DNA of 63,104 bases, the filler included, from Octopus bimaculoides (Eukaryota): the NCBI RefSeq assembly GCF_001194135.2. It is 4 parts of 4 records of this genome, joined end to end, with 100 filler letters (N's around TTAATTAATTAA, not from the genome) between each part and the next. Parts side by side here need not be neighbours in the genome. Positions count along the whole stretch, not along the records: positions 1 to 15,799 come from NC_068983.1; positions 15,900 to 26,521 come from NC_068990.1; positions 26,622 to 52,900 come from NC_068981.1; 1 more part is not named here. The stretch is one strand, 5' to 3'. A program made the translations under genes and the position numbers. Shown piece by piece: positions 13,835 to 26,726 of the stretch. Positions within the stretch are counted from its first letter, which is position 1, and each line of letters begins with the position of its first letter. The notes below the pieces were generated by a model, which was given only the letters and a program-made list of their open reading frames with translations, ran no database searches and was not told where the DNA came from.

Positions 13835-15799
13835 ACATGCACTCACACATGTACATATATATGTATATATATTCGTATACGCACACTTACACACACACGA
13901 ACTTACGAATGCTTATTTGCGTGTATTTTCTTGAGTATATCACCATTCGATATTCGTTGTTGTTCAAATTTAATGCGTTGTTCGGATTGTATTTATTCAT
14001 TACAAAAAAATATGGAAATAAAAATTTGCCTCATGCGTAATTTATTTTGTATATTTTAAAATGTGCTTCTAACGTACAATCAGCAAGTATTTTTTTTATT
14101 CAATAATGCAGTCTCTGATTTACATAACTCTTCCTAGATTGCCACAAACAAGGTTTCTTTTTTATTTTTTCACACAGGATGTAACGATAAGCTTTAAAAT
14201 GTTCAATAGATTCCCAGAACTATATACCGTTCAAATCATAAACAGTGTCTCCTCCTTGAAACTTCTAAATATTGTCTTGTAGTAGACATTTGATTTAGAG
14301 TCCGGAATAGGCAGGTGTCACTTGCATACGAAGGCAGTTGTTTGCTCTATAACAGTAATGGCAACGCACATTTACATTGTCATGAATACAAACAAAATGT
14401 ATCAGAAGAGTCATTGAACAATGCAAGAATATACAACGACGATGCTTACGTGAAAATATTTTACCTCGTTATCTATAATCACGGAAGTCATGAACTCATT
14501 CGTGGAGTTTAGCAGCTGTATTGTATAATAAATAAATACGAGATGCTAAAAACAGTTGAAAATATGGAAGTTGCCCATACTCTGTTAAAAAGCAACAGTT
14601 TTGTGACGGAAAATAAGCATCAACTTATCAATCCAATAACGATCGCTACATTATTTAGACCATAGGAAACGATAAAGGAGAATTAATGTTCCTTAATGCC
14701 CATGGTAGCTCTTGAAATAACCTGCCTTACAAACATTTTATTTGTTTTTGGCAAAATTCTATCATAAGCAGCTTGTAGCTCCTATTTGGCTTCAACTGAC
14801 ATTGCTTCAGTTTGTCTTAATAGTGCAAACAACGTATATATCATGGTTTATCTTCCTGTAAACCTCACGTGACATGAAGAAACCTGGTGCCACATCAATT
14901 ATATCTCACCTAAGGACAATCTCTCGCAAATAATTAAGTTGATCACTTCGCATGAATCCAACGAATCCAAAAAGGTGCAAATTAATCCGTGGATTGGACA
15001 GTGAAGTATCATATACACATCGCACTTATAACGTAAAGAGTTACCATCGTTGTGGCTAGTGACTTCGGACAATGCATCTCTATAATTTCCGCAGGGACCC
15101 GAATTGAACAGATCACAACCTCTATGAAATTATTTAGCATATAGACACCACATTATAACCAATATACGAGCGTTACAACCATTACACAAATTTTAGGGCT
15201 AATAGGGCTGTCAGCGAGTCCTCCGTCAAACGTCAGTTCGTTTTGCAGTGGGAAACAGACTAACCACTTGAAAATAACTCCGACGGTCGAATTCACCATC
15301 TTAAGTTTCATAGCCTACTATGTGATCATCCGATACGATATCGGCTACTCAGAGAGACAGAGTGTTACAAATTATAGTTGTATAAATATGCAAGCCTTTC
15401 TTATTTATTGAAGCGAATTTCTGAAGAATCACGAAGCACTAGGAAACCAGACACAATCTTATGCTTATACTTCGATTTTTCACTCATGCTACTTTGCAAG
15501 ATACCTTTCCAAGCAAGACACTCCATAAAAATAGGTAAGAAGAACTGGATCTCAGAAATATGTCAGAAAGTATAGCAGGGAGCCTCATCTTCCTTCTCAG
15601 ATTACTATGAACAAATGAGCAAAACAATTGGGTGTAATTTTAAATATAATGGCAAGATAAAAAGATGCCAGTGTGTTACTCAAAATTCTTATGCATATTC
15701 AAATCGCAAATTTGCTGCATACTGTTTCTTTCACATAGCACCTATCTATGAAATCAACGACTTCCACGGGTGTATACATATATGTATAAACACACACGC

Positions 15800-15899
15800 N
15801 NNNNNNNNNNNNNNNNNNNNNNNNNNNNNNNNNNNNNNNNNNNTTAATTAATTAANNNNNNNNNNNNNNNNNNNNNNNNNNNNNNNNNNNNNNNNNNNN
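15800..15899. other. Assembly spacer N44-TTAATTAATTAA-N44 (also 26522-26621 and 52901-53000)
   Basis: An identical 12-mer, which gives stops in all six frames, is centred in three 100-bp gaps (15844, 26566, 52945). It is synthetic. Confidence 0.9.
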
Positions 15900-15960
<61 letters not shown>

Positions 15961-16364
15961 GTCTTTTTTGTTTGTTAAAGAATTATAACCCCCATAGGCA
16001 AAAAAAAATTATATTTTGGTCAATTTGTTATTAATAAAGTAGTGAACCTTAAGATTTGAATGAAAAAAAACAGGAAAAAGGAAAAAAATATTATAATAAT
16101 AATGATGATGATGATGATGATGATGATGGTGGTGGTTTCAAATTTTGAGGGGAGGGTAAGGCGATTGCATCAACCTCAGTAATTGGTTTGTACTTCCTTT
16201 TCTTTTTTAATTTTTTATTAACCCTGAAAGAAAGTAAGGCAAATGCGACCTCAGGGAAATTTGAACTGAAAATATAAAAAGATTGAAGCAACACTACCAA
16301 GCATTTTGTCTGGCATGCCAATGATTCTACCAGCTCAACACCCTAATAATAATAGTAGTAGTAA

Positions 16365-16447
<83 letters not shown>

Positions 16448-17248
16448 GACTTGATGCAGTACCAGATGCTGGCTCTTGTGGCTTCTGATCTTAAATGATT
16501 GGATGTGTTATCATGTACATTGTTTTGTCTTGGTATAAAAAGATGGGCTACAGCAAATATTCTTCTCAATACCACAGATTTGCTTGTCAGTTGTTTGACC
16601 TTAAACCAAGTGAGTATGTCCCTTGGTGGCTGACGATATGTGCATTTCTGACCATGAGCAGAAGTAGTGGGGGAGCATCATAGCCATGTGTTGAGAGGAA
16701 TTCTCTGGGGTTTGAAAAATCCACCTCTGGAAACATGGGTGTTTTGCTCAACTTCCTTAAACAAACCTTATTCAGGGACCTTTTGAGTTGGATGGGCTAT
16801 TCGTCCTGAAGAAAATTCTAACTGGGCTCCATCTGGTTAGCTTGGGAAGTAAAGCCGTTGTGGTCGATGAAAATGGTAGCAGTAGTATCAATAAATGTTG
16901 GAGCTAACCAGATGGAGCCCATCATTTTGAATCTGGATTTTGCCCCCATTAACAGGGGTGGCCAGATCTACCTCAATGCCATTACAACTGCCCTCACACC
17001 ATCTCACCATCTTACCCAGTTTTGGGTGTCCTCCCTTCTCAAGCCAACCCTCCCAATCTCCTCCTCCACCTGTCCCCTCCACACTTTCCTTGGTCTACTT
17101 CACTTTCGCTGTCCATTTTNNNNNNNNNNTCCTCCTCCACCTGTCCCCTCCACACTTTCCTTGGTCTACTTCACTTTCGCTGTCCATTTTCCTCAAAAAT
17201 CTGTAGAAAATCTAGTTACGAAAAAGCCTCATGATGATGATGATGATG

Positions 17249-17302
<54 letters not shown>

Positions 17303-17471
17303 TGATAATAAAGTCACACATACATACAAAAAGGAGAGACGGAGAGAAAAAAAAAACAGAGTGACAAACAGAGAGAGACAAAGTAAGTCTGAGAGAAAAA
17401 AATATATATAAATGACTTTGATGTTGGAATGGTGAATAAATGTCAAATTGATCTTGTCTACAACAGGGAAT

Positions 17472-17528
<57 letters not shown>

Positions 17529-18611
17529 CTCCATCTCTGTACAAGTCAGTAAATTCTTGGTTGGTTTGGTAATAATATTATTATTGAATGGTCAAATGAG
17601 AGAGAGAGAGGGGGAGGGAGAGGGAAGGAAGGAGAGGGAGTGAAATTGTGAGGGAGTGAGTGAGTACGAGAGGGAAAGGTCAGATTCGGAAATGATTGTT
17701 TGAGCAAAATCATCTTGCCTTTTAATGTAATGTTTGTGTGGTGGTGGTTGTGGTGTGGTGGTTGTGGTGGCGATCAAGAAATGTGTAGAGTTGTGGTGCA
17801 TTATAGGTGTGTTGTGATGTACCTATATTGTGTGCAGTGTAGTTGTTGTTTAGCCCAAGGCTGACTCTGATCCAGTAGACTGCTCACTGGTCAAAGAGAT
17901 TCAAGCTATTCGTCACCTCATCCCCGTGTTTTATGGGATATTTTGTAGAAAAGCATAAATTTCACATATAGTTCATATTTTAATTGTGCTCAACAGCTGT
18001 TTCATTAAGACAAACATCATTAAATGAATAATTACATAATTGAGACATAAATTAAAATTACTTTTTAAGGATGTGTGGAACTTTATTATCCATTGTGCTG
18101 TTTAAAACAGTAGGTGTGTGTGTGTGGGGGTACTTTGAGGAAGATTTGATTACTATATTTAACAGATCAACTAACCACACAGAGGTTTTAATTTATATAT
18201 ATTAGGATATGAAGGTATATAGCTTAGTGGTTCGATTGTTTCATTCACAATCGCAAATCTGTACTTGCAATTTCGAAACCGGGTGGTTCATTGTGTTCTC
18301 AAGCAAAACACATCATTTCACATCGCCTCAGTCCACTCAGCTGTAAATGAAGTCAACTCTCAATGTTCATTTTCTATGAGTCCATGTGAACCACCAAGCT
18401 GATGGATATTCTTTCTTCATGAGGAAATAAACATTGTTACTGTTGGATGATTTTTGCCTCTTAATAATATATTTCTGTGATTCTTTTTTACACTATACAC
18501 CTATAAGAAATGCTTTCTTCAAATGAATACTGCAATTGTCAAGCTTTCATCAGTACATCTACATTGAGTATTATATACCATTTGATATTTTAAACTAATG
18601 CTGCTTTTGCT

Positions 18612-18890
18612 GCAGGGCTTAGTGGCTAGGATATTCAGCTCACAATCATTGCAAGGTCATGAGTTCAATTCCCAGCAGCGTGTTATGTCCTTGAGCAAGG
18701 TACTTTATTTCATGCTGCTCCAGTCCACTCAGCCGCCAAAAGTGTATCACAGTGAATCTCCCACAGAATTACGTTAAGGGCATGTGTGTCTGTGGAGTAC
18801 TCAGCTGCTTGCGTGTTAATTTCATGAGCAGACTCTTCTGTTGACTGGATTAGCTGGAACACTCATTGTTATAACTGACAGAGAGCCAGC
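18612..18890 (+). mobile_element. Old tRNA-derived SINE
   Basis: A-box-like GGCTTAGTGG and B-box-like GAGTTCAATTCC, then GTCCTTGAGCAAGG core. The 3' part is shared with the SINEs at 40388 and 48376. A truncated relative lies at about 18220-18350. Confidence 0.65.
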
Positions 18891-18932
18891 CTTCTGTCAC
18901 TAATAACGAATATACATACATACATATATATC

Positions 18933-19078
18933 ATCATCATCATCATCATCATCGTTTAACGTCCGCTTTCCATGCTAGCATGGTTTGGACGATTTGACTG
19001 AGGACTGGTGAAACCAGATGACTACACCAGGCTCCAATCTGATTTGGCAGAGTTTCTACGGCTGGATGCCCTTCCTAA
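18933..19078. mobile_element. Retroposon fragment with (CAT)n end
   Basis: (CAT)n-CGTTTAACGTCCGCTTTCCATGCTAGCATGG... A homologous copy lies at 27232-27352. Confidence 0.6.
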
Positions 19079-19094
19079 TATATATATATGCAGG

Positions 19095-19400
19095 GTATCC
19101 TCGAGCTCTATAGATCTTCCAGGACAAGGCTCATCTTTTAGGCTGTAGTTTCTGCTTAGAATTTCTGGAACCACCTATGACACTGGCTTACACTTATTGT
19201 CCAATCTCCATATACTGCATTAATATTCTTTGCATTTTCCATTGTGTTGTTGCCTTTATTAAACTCATAAAGCAAAATATGCCGAATATGCTCCTTTGTC
19301 ACTTCCATTATAGCTTTGTAAAAATAACTGTTAAAATTGAACTGCAGTCTTCAAAACTTGCACTAAAAATAAGCACAAGGTAGAATTGCTACCTGCTTTT
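19095..19400 (-). mobile_element. mariner transposase 5' fragment
   Basis: From ATG at 19308 it reads MEVTKEHIRHILLYEFNKGNNTMENAKNINAVYGDWTISVSQCHRWFQKF*, the typical mariner N-terminal HTH. Confidence 0.85.
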
Positions 19401-20397
19401 ATTGCAAGTTGATGCAGGTAGTTTATCCTGTTCCCCTCCGACTTTTAGTTCATGCAAATGAAAAAAAATGCATTATTTATGGGATAACGCAATGTATATG
19501 TGTATATATATATATGTATATATATATATGTATGCAGAGTGAGAGAGACACACACACACAGAGATTCATATTGTGCTTGTCAATGGATTTTTGCACAGCT
19601 GCACAGTCTCCATCTGTTGAAATTTCATTCTGAAGACTTTAGTCTGCTCAAGAGTCTTGTAGTAGGGAATTGCTGCTCAAAGAACGGCACTGTGAAACGG
19701 CAACTGGATGCCCAGAATCACATGAATCCAATGTGAACTTCTTCACCTTACTGCTGCGTCTGCACACATATTGTTTTCTAGCACTCTCTCTCTCTCTCTC
19801 ACTTGTTGTGCGTGGAGNNNNNNNNNNNNNNNNNNNNNNNNNNNNNNNNNNNNNNNNNNNNNNNNNNNNNNNNNNNNNNNNNNNNNNNNNNNNNNNNNNN
19901 NNNNNNNNNNNNNNNNNNNNNNNNNNNNNNNNNNNNNNNNNNNNNNNNNNNNNNNNNNNNNNNNNNNNNNNNNNNNNNNNNNNNNNNNNNNNNNNNNNNN
20001 NNNNNNNNNNNNNNNNNNNNNNNNNNNNNNNNNNNNNNNNNNNNNNNNNNNNNNNNNNNNNNNNNNNNNNNNNNNNNNNNNNNNNNNNNNNNNNNNNNNN
20101 NNNNNNNNNNNNNNNNNNNNNNNNNNNNNNNNNNNNNNNNNNNNNNNNNNNNNNNNNNNNNNNNNNNNNNNNNNNNNNNNNNNNNNNNNNNNNNNNNNNN
20201 NNNNNNNNNNNNNNNNNNNNNNNNNNNNNNNNNNNNNNNNNNNNNNNNNNNNNNNNNNNNNNNNNNNNNNNNNNNNNNNNNNNNNNNNNNNNNNNNNNNN
20301 NNNNNNNNNNNNNNNNNNNNNNNNNNNNNNNNNNNATATATATATATATTTATATATATATGTATGTATACAAAGATATACTGTCGTATAATATTTA

Positions 20398-20432
<35 letters not shown>

Positions 20433-20688
20433 TCTCATACAAACACACGCACACACACATCGACATATATATAAACATTAGAAGCATGGCATGCACAAAA
20501 ACACACTTGCACACATATGCATATGTATGTATGCATGCACGAACACTCACATACATACACACACACACACATATATATGTAAATATATATATATATATAT
20601 ATATCATTCACTGCCAAAAATGAAATAATGAAATAGATAAAATACGACTGTGAAAAAGAAGGAGTGCAACCACAAAACAAGACTACTA

Positions 20689-20720
<32 letters not shown>

Positions 20721-22384
20721 ACCACTACTGTTACTACTACTACTAATAATAATAATGATATTAATAATGATAGTACTAATAATAATGATAATCGTCATAA
20801 TGGTTATAATCATCATCATCATCATCATCATCCAAGCCGTAATGTAGGCAAATAGAATTATATGATTTAGTAATATATTCTAGATAAATTTATTGTTTGT
20901 ATTCTTTGAAATAACAAAGAAAGTGGGGGTGGGGGGATACTATCACACACACAATTGTAATTCAATCAACTTCATATCACACACACACACAGACACACGC
21001 ACACACATTTGTATAAACACGCACACACACATATATACCTGTATGCATGATCATAGTCAATTGTCTGTGTATAATTATTCACACATACACACAACTTATA
21101 CATGAATAATTGTATTTGTATAACCTATATTTACACACACACACACACAAAATTCATACAAATTTGCTATACACACACACATGTATATACACACACATGT
21201 ATATACACACATATACATACATAAACACACACATATATATATGTGTATATACATACATATATATATATATGTACATACACACATACATACATACACACAC
21301 ATATATATATACACACACGCACACATATGCATACATACACACATTTTCTGTATCTGTATATAAATAAACTAGGGAACAATTCCTTCATTTCTCCTGACTA
21401 ACCTTATTATTATCATCATCATCATCATCATCATCATCATTATCATTATTATTATTATTATTATATATGAAACTTATACAAATATAGCAATACACATACA
21501 TTTTATGTGTCTATATTTGTGTGTGTGTGTGTGTGTGTGTTTGTGTGTGTGTATGTGTGTGTTTGTGTGTGTGCGCGTAAGTGAAGTATGAATTGATCAT
21601 ATGTTGCTGTTTTCCTTTAATAAAATAACTTCCTTCTTATAAAACATCTTTCTTTCGATGGTTGCAAAATAATTGAAGTATCATTGAAAGAGATTTTTAT
21701 CAATTTTCTGAACATAATATGGTTGTCATTGATTCACTCTGGTCTGTTCAGACACACAGACAGACGACTTTAAAGAGTTAGTTAACTTTGGCTCTAGCAA
21801 TGTCTTTGGTTTGGGTTTGATTCCATGGCAGTAATGCCTTAGAAATCTTGGGTGGATATGTTAATATTTGCCATCATCATAACCATCTCAGTCCTGAATC
21901 AACGGCAACCTCATTTGTCATTCGATCCACTGAAAGTCCAAGGGTAATGGAAGAGCGGCAATATGTGCAAACCTGACCACTTGGAAGCACACAGTAAGTT
22001 ACAACTTTTAATTTATGACCAATGGAGAGGAGAGCTGGGTAAGAGTGAAGAGAGGAAGTAGGTGTCACATGAAAGGAGGAGAGAAGGGGAGTCAGATGAA
22101 GTGGGGAGGGGAGTTGACCCCATTTGGTGCAAAGGAGCAAAGAGAGAAGATTAATTCCTGTTCATGGTGAAGGCAGGAATCCAGATGACCCCTGTACAAA
22201 GACAATCAGATAGGTGTTGTAATGAATTAGAGTAGAAATGGTGCAAAAGGGGGGGTCTCTTTGCTGAGTCTAATGTCTCGGAGGTGCTCCATGAACTGGT
22301 CAGCCGAGCGGCGTCCTGTTTGACCAATGTACAGAGAAGGGCAAAAAGACCAGGAGATGCAGTAAATGACATTGTTAGAAGTGC

Positions 22385-22451
<67 letters not shown>

Positions 22452-23756
22452 TATATATATTAGTTAATAAATTGTATGGTATACACCTAGTAGTTTGCTG
22501 GTAATGCATGTTCACTGGTTCAATGTTCATTGGTTATTTTGATTAATGAGAGAGATGGAAGATGGAAGATATGAGAATGTTTATTGATCACTACAACTAT
22601 TTCGACCCAACTAGTATCAATTCCTCATGGGTCGGATACTACACAACTGGTTTAGTTGTATCCATTGATGTAGATATATCTTCTCAGGTGACAAGGCATA
22701 TCTTGTTAAATTGACATTTGTTTCGCAAGATTTCTTCATTGTATGTGTATATAGCAAATTAAAGGATACAGCTTCATTATTATAAAAGATTGACAACAAA
22801 TATGAGCTGCAGAAGGAAACAAATACACAATACAGCAAAAAAAAAAAAATTACATACACACACAAAGAGATAGAAGACAGATAAGAGTTGTCTACTCCAT
22901 ACATTTACAGCTGTTTCATAGTCTTGTTAGTTATTTAATAGATGTTACATCAATATAAACACAGATATAAGATATACATACACACATATACATAAATATA
23001 GATTCATGAGTACACTCACATACAGAAGGGGACCAATAGAATAATCTCCAGAATGATTCAGGCTTTCATGATTTTTTGCAATATATAAATCTAAACTACA
23101 CACACACACACACACACATCCACACACATGTGTATGTATGTATATATGTATGAGAGAGAGAGAGAGAGAGAGAGATAGAGGGAAGAAGAAAGAGTAAAAA
23201 AAAGGAAGAACTAAAGAAAGTAAAAGTTGGACAATTCCAGTATTGGTAATTAAACCATCTATAAATAATTCTATTTAATTACCCTGAGGTAGAATGTGGT
23301 GTAGATATGACTGCAAACAAAATGGTACAGCTCTCATCACCACCACCACCACCACCACCACCACCACCATTACCACTACCACCATTACCACTACCACCAT
23401 TACCACCACCACCATTACCACCGTCCTCAGTATTGTTGCTGTTGTTATTGGGTGTTGGTGGTGTTGGTGATGATGATGGTGGTGGTGGTGGTGGTGGTAG
23501 GTGGAGACCTTGTATCAATGTTGTCTCTGTTAATGCCATTCTTGTCATTAGAATGAAATTCGAATTCCCCACCACTGCCACCACCAACACCGTTGACACC
23601 ACAAACATCATCATCATCATTATCTTCATCATTGCCAAAACTGGTGCTCTTATTGATTGCGTTTATGTGTGTAAATATATTAGCGTTTTATGAGTGTTGT
23701 ATATAAACGTGTGAATGTATACATGCATGTATACATATGTGAGTGTATGTAGATGA

Positions 23757-23806
<50 letters not shown>

Positions 23807-23926
23807 GGAGCAAGAGGGGGGAGATACTTATAGATATAATACCTATGTGCAGATTTATATATGTATGTAAGTGTGTATGTTGTGTATATGTATGTGCATG
23901 TGTGTGTGTGTGTGTGTATGTATATG

Positions 23927-23960
<34 letters not shown>

Positions 23961-24123
23961 NNNNNNNNNNNNNNNNNNNNNNNNNNNNNNNNNNNNNNNN
24001 NNNNNNNNNNNNNNNNNNNNNNNNNNNNNNNNNNNNNNNNNNNNNNNNNNNNNNNNNNNNNNNNNNNNNNNNNAATAGAGCAATGTACTCACACAAAACT
24101 ACACAGAAATGTATGTGTGTGTA

Positions 24124-24163
<40 letters not shown>

Positions 24164-24545
24164 TGTGCGTGTATACAAGTAGATTTGCAAGTATGTATGC
24201 TTGGCTGCCCTATGATGTGTGCATATGTGTGCACAAGTGCATGTAAGTACTTGCACAAACACACTCACACACATACAAACACACCCACACTCATGCACCC
24301 ACAGGTATACATTCACCCATATCCACACCCTGGACCTATTCCAGACCTGAGTCAGCAAACAAAAACAACAAAACACACATAAACAGACATTAGCATTAAC
24401 AGTGAAGATTGTATTAAATCTCTAATTGGTTTTTCATTAAGAACAGAACACAACCTATTTGAGATTTATGTACATACACGTCAGTGACACAATGTCATTG
24501 ACATGCTATCATATGACGGTGTTGTCATGAGACATACATATACAA

Positions 24546-24722
24546 GGTGCAAGAGTGGCTGTGTGGTAAGTAGCTTGCTTACCAACCACATAGTTTCGGG
24601 TTCAGTTCCACTGCGTGGCACCTTGGGCAAGTGTCTTCTACTATAGCCTCGGGCCGACCAAAGCCCTGCGAGTGGATTTAGTAGATGGAAACTGAAAGAA
24701 GCCCATCGTATATATGTATATG

Positions 24723-24759
<37 letters not shown>

Positions 24760-24955
24760 TTGTTCCTTCCAACATCCCTTCACAACTGATGCTGATGTGT
24801 TTATATCCCCGTAACTTAGCTATTTGGCAAAAGAGACTGATAGAATAAGTACTAGGCTTACAAAGAATAAGTCCTGGGGTTGATTTGCTCAACTAAAGGC
24901 AGTGCTCCAGCATGGCCACAGTGAAATGACTGAAACAAATAAAAGAATAAAAGAT
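24546..24955 (+). mobile_element. tRNA-derived SINE with internal (TA)/(TG) microsatellite
   Basis: Head GGCTGTGTGGTAAG...GGGTTCAGTTCC, CORE-like ACCTTGGGCAAGTG, and tail GCTCCAGCATGGCC..TGACTGAAAC. Family members are at 36765-36930, an inverted tail at 24960-25145 and a tail at 26622-26715. Confidence 0.75.
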
Positions 24956-25156
24956 TATGTCCTTCATTTTTCATCTTTCACTTGCTTCAGTCATTGGACT
25001 GCAGCCATGCTGGAGCATCATCTTGAAGGGTTTTAGTTGAAGAAATTGACCCAAGTACTTGATTTTTTTTTTAAAAGTTAGTATGTATTTTCCCAGTTGC
25101 TTTCACTGTGCCACAAAATTGTGGGGATGCAAACAAACTAACACCAGTTGTATATT

Positions 25157-25600
25157 TTAGACAGTCGGATTCCCCTGGTCCATACCAGTTGCGAGGAGGA
25201 GCCGGGCTGTCTGCACTGACACAATGGCAAGCCCGAAGCAGTGCCGATCCTCGGCATCCTGGGTGTGGAGCCGTGTTGCTCACTCCCACTATGTGCTCAG
25301 GTATGAAACCATGCGCTGCCAGACGATGGCCCGACAATGTGCTGGGAGGTGCTGAGCACTGACGCAAGAAAGAGCCTCGTGCGGGTCCAGTGACATCTGC
25401 TATGAGCGCTTTCTGCTGTGCTGGGAAGGCATGGCGTAAGCGATGTGACGGAGTGCAGCAGAGACCATGCATGGAAGCCGACCCCTGTTAACCAAAGGCA
25501 CAACCACAGACCAGCATGAAATGTGTTGCCTGCTTCGGTGGTGGCAATGGCCAGAAAAGGCACCCAGGATGCTGAGTCCAACGCCAACACTACAGCCTCA
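25157..25600 (-). pseudogene. Dispersed 28S rRNA fragment (conserved core 25157-25190 plus presumed GC-rich D8 expansion segment)
   Basis: The minus strand reads AACTGGTATGGACCAGGGGAATCCGACTGTCTAA, the conserved eukaryotic LSU segment just 3' of D8. The adjoining ~400 bp is GC-rich and TG/CA-enriched. The extent beyond the core is inferred. Confidence 0.7.
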
Positions 25601-25743
25601 TACTGCTTCAGGTGGTTTGCTACGAAAAGGGTTAAATGCCACCCTACCACCATTGGACAATTTAGTCAAGAATTTATTGAGATTAAATGAGAAAAAAAAT
25701 GATTGGATGGTCATGGTTGAGATGCCTTTGAATATAATTCTGC

Positions 25744-25965
25744 TTAACTCTTTTGTTACTATATTTTTGTTGAAATACTGTCTTTGTTACAATTTATTTT
25801 GAAAATGATGAAGAATTTAGTGAAATAACTTTGTTATTATTAAGCTGGTGTTTGGATCATTAATTAGCATGAAATTTTGGTAAAAGTTTCTAATTTAGTT
25901 CACTTTGAAACAGAAAGTTTGTGTCATAGAATCAGTGACGGTCTCAGTTGGGTTGGTATAAAAAG
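25744..25965. mobile_element. MITE-like element with TTAACCCTT-type ends
   Basis: Starts TTAACTCTTTTGTTAC and ends GGTTGGTATAAAAAG. A similar end, GCTACGAAAAGGGTTAA, lies at 25619-25635. Confidence 0.4.
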
Positions 25966-26484
25966 AAAAAAAAAGTTCCATCTTAGTTGGCACCTTTCTG
26001 TGCTCCATTCCGAATGTGTGGTCCCGACATTTGAGCTGCCACTGTACAATTTCAAAGACCATATCATTTAAAACTTTGCAGGCCGTTTAGTCCTCACTTG
26101 ACTCTGCAATCTTGACTCTCAGTACATGCATATGTAAACATGCAGTAGCATCTTAGTATTTTGAAGTATTTCAAAATGCAATTATCAAAATAAATATAAA
26201 GAAACAAACAAAAACACAACCTAACAAAAAATGTCTATGGTGGCTTATGTATACAGTACCAATTAGAGAATCATATCCTGCAAGCCTCAGCAAGAAATCA
26301 AAGAAAATTCCAGCAGAAAACAAAATATTTACTGACATTTTTCAATGTTTGTATAGACGAGAATATTTGATAAACTGCTGTTTGTTTTTAGTATTAACCA
26401 AGATGTAAATTAAGTTAATGGATGAATTTTATTTTGTTGTACAAAACACGAGATTAAAAATATTAACAACAACAAACTAGCATT

Positions 26485-26517
<33 letters not shown>

Positions 26518-26726
26518 TATANNNNNNNNNNNNNNNNNNNNNNNNNNNNNNNNNNNNNNNNNNNNTTAATTAATTAANNNNNNNNNNNNNNNNNNNNNNN
26601 NNNNNNNNNNNNNNNNNNNNNTTACAAAGAATAAGTCCTGAGGTCGATTTGCTCGACTAAAAGCGGTGCTCCAGCATGGCCGCAGTCAAATGACTGAAAC
26701 AAGTAAAAGAATAAAATATATATATA

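Noticed and set aside
15844-15855. Palindromic TTAATTAATTAA recurring three times
   Set aside because: Always centred in 100-bp N gaps, so it is a synthetic six-frame-stop scaffold spacer. Adjacency across these gaps is unreliable.
17059-17190. 61-bp tandem duplication
   Set aside because: The copies are separated only by a 10-N gap; assembly artefact.
19670-20623. Long ORFs of 150-370 aa in the track (also 7011, 27618, 31286, 41712, 53706 and others)
   Set aside because: Composed of X from N runs plus dipeptide repeats from (TA)n/(CA)n/(GA)n.
23279-23693. Pro/Gly/Asn-rich ORFs on both strands with a hydrophobic N-terminus
   Set aside because: Built from (CCA)n/(GGT)n/(CAT)n microsatellites that are naturally stop-poor, and the splice phase does not fit neighbouring candidates.
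25071-25653. Overlapping GC-rich ORFs, and 61646-61948, sharing RNWYGPGESDCL
   Set aside because: The shared peptide is just the translation of a 28S rRNA segment.
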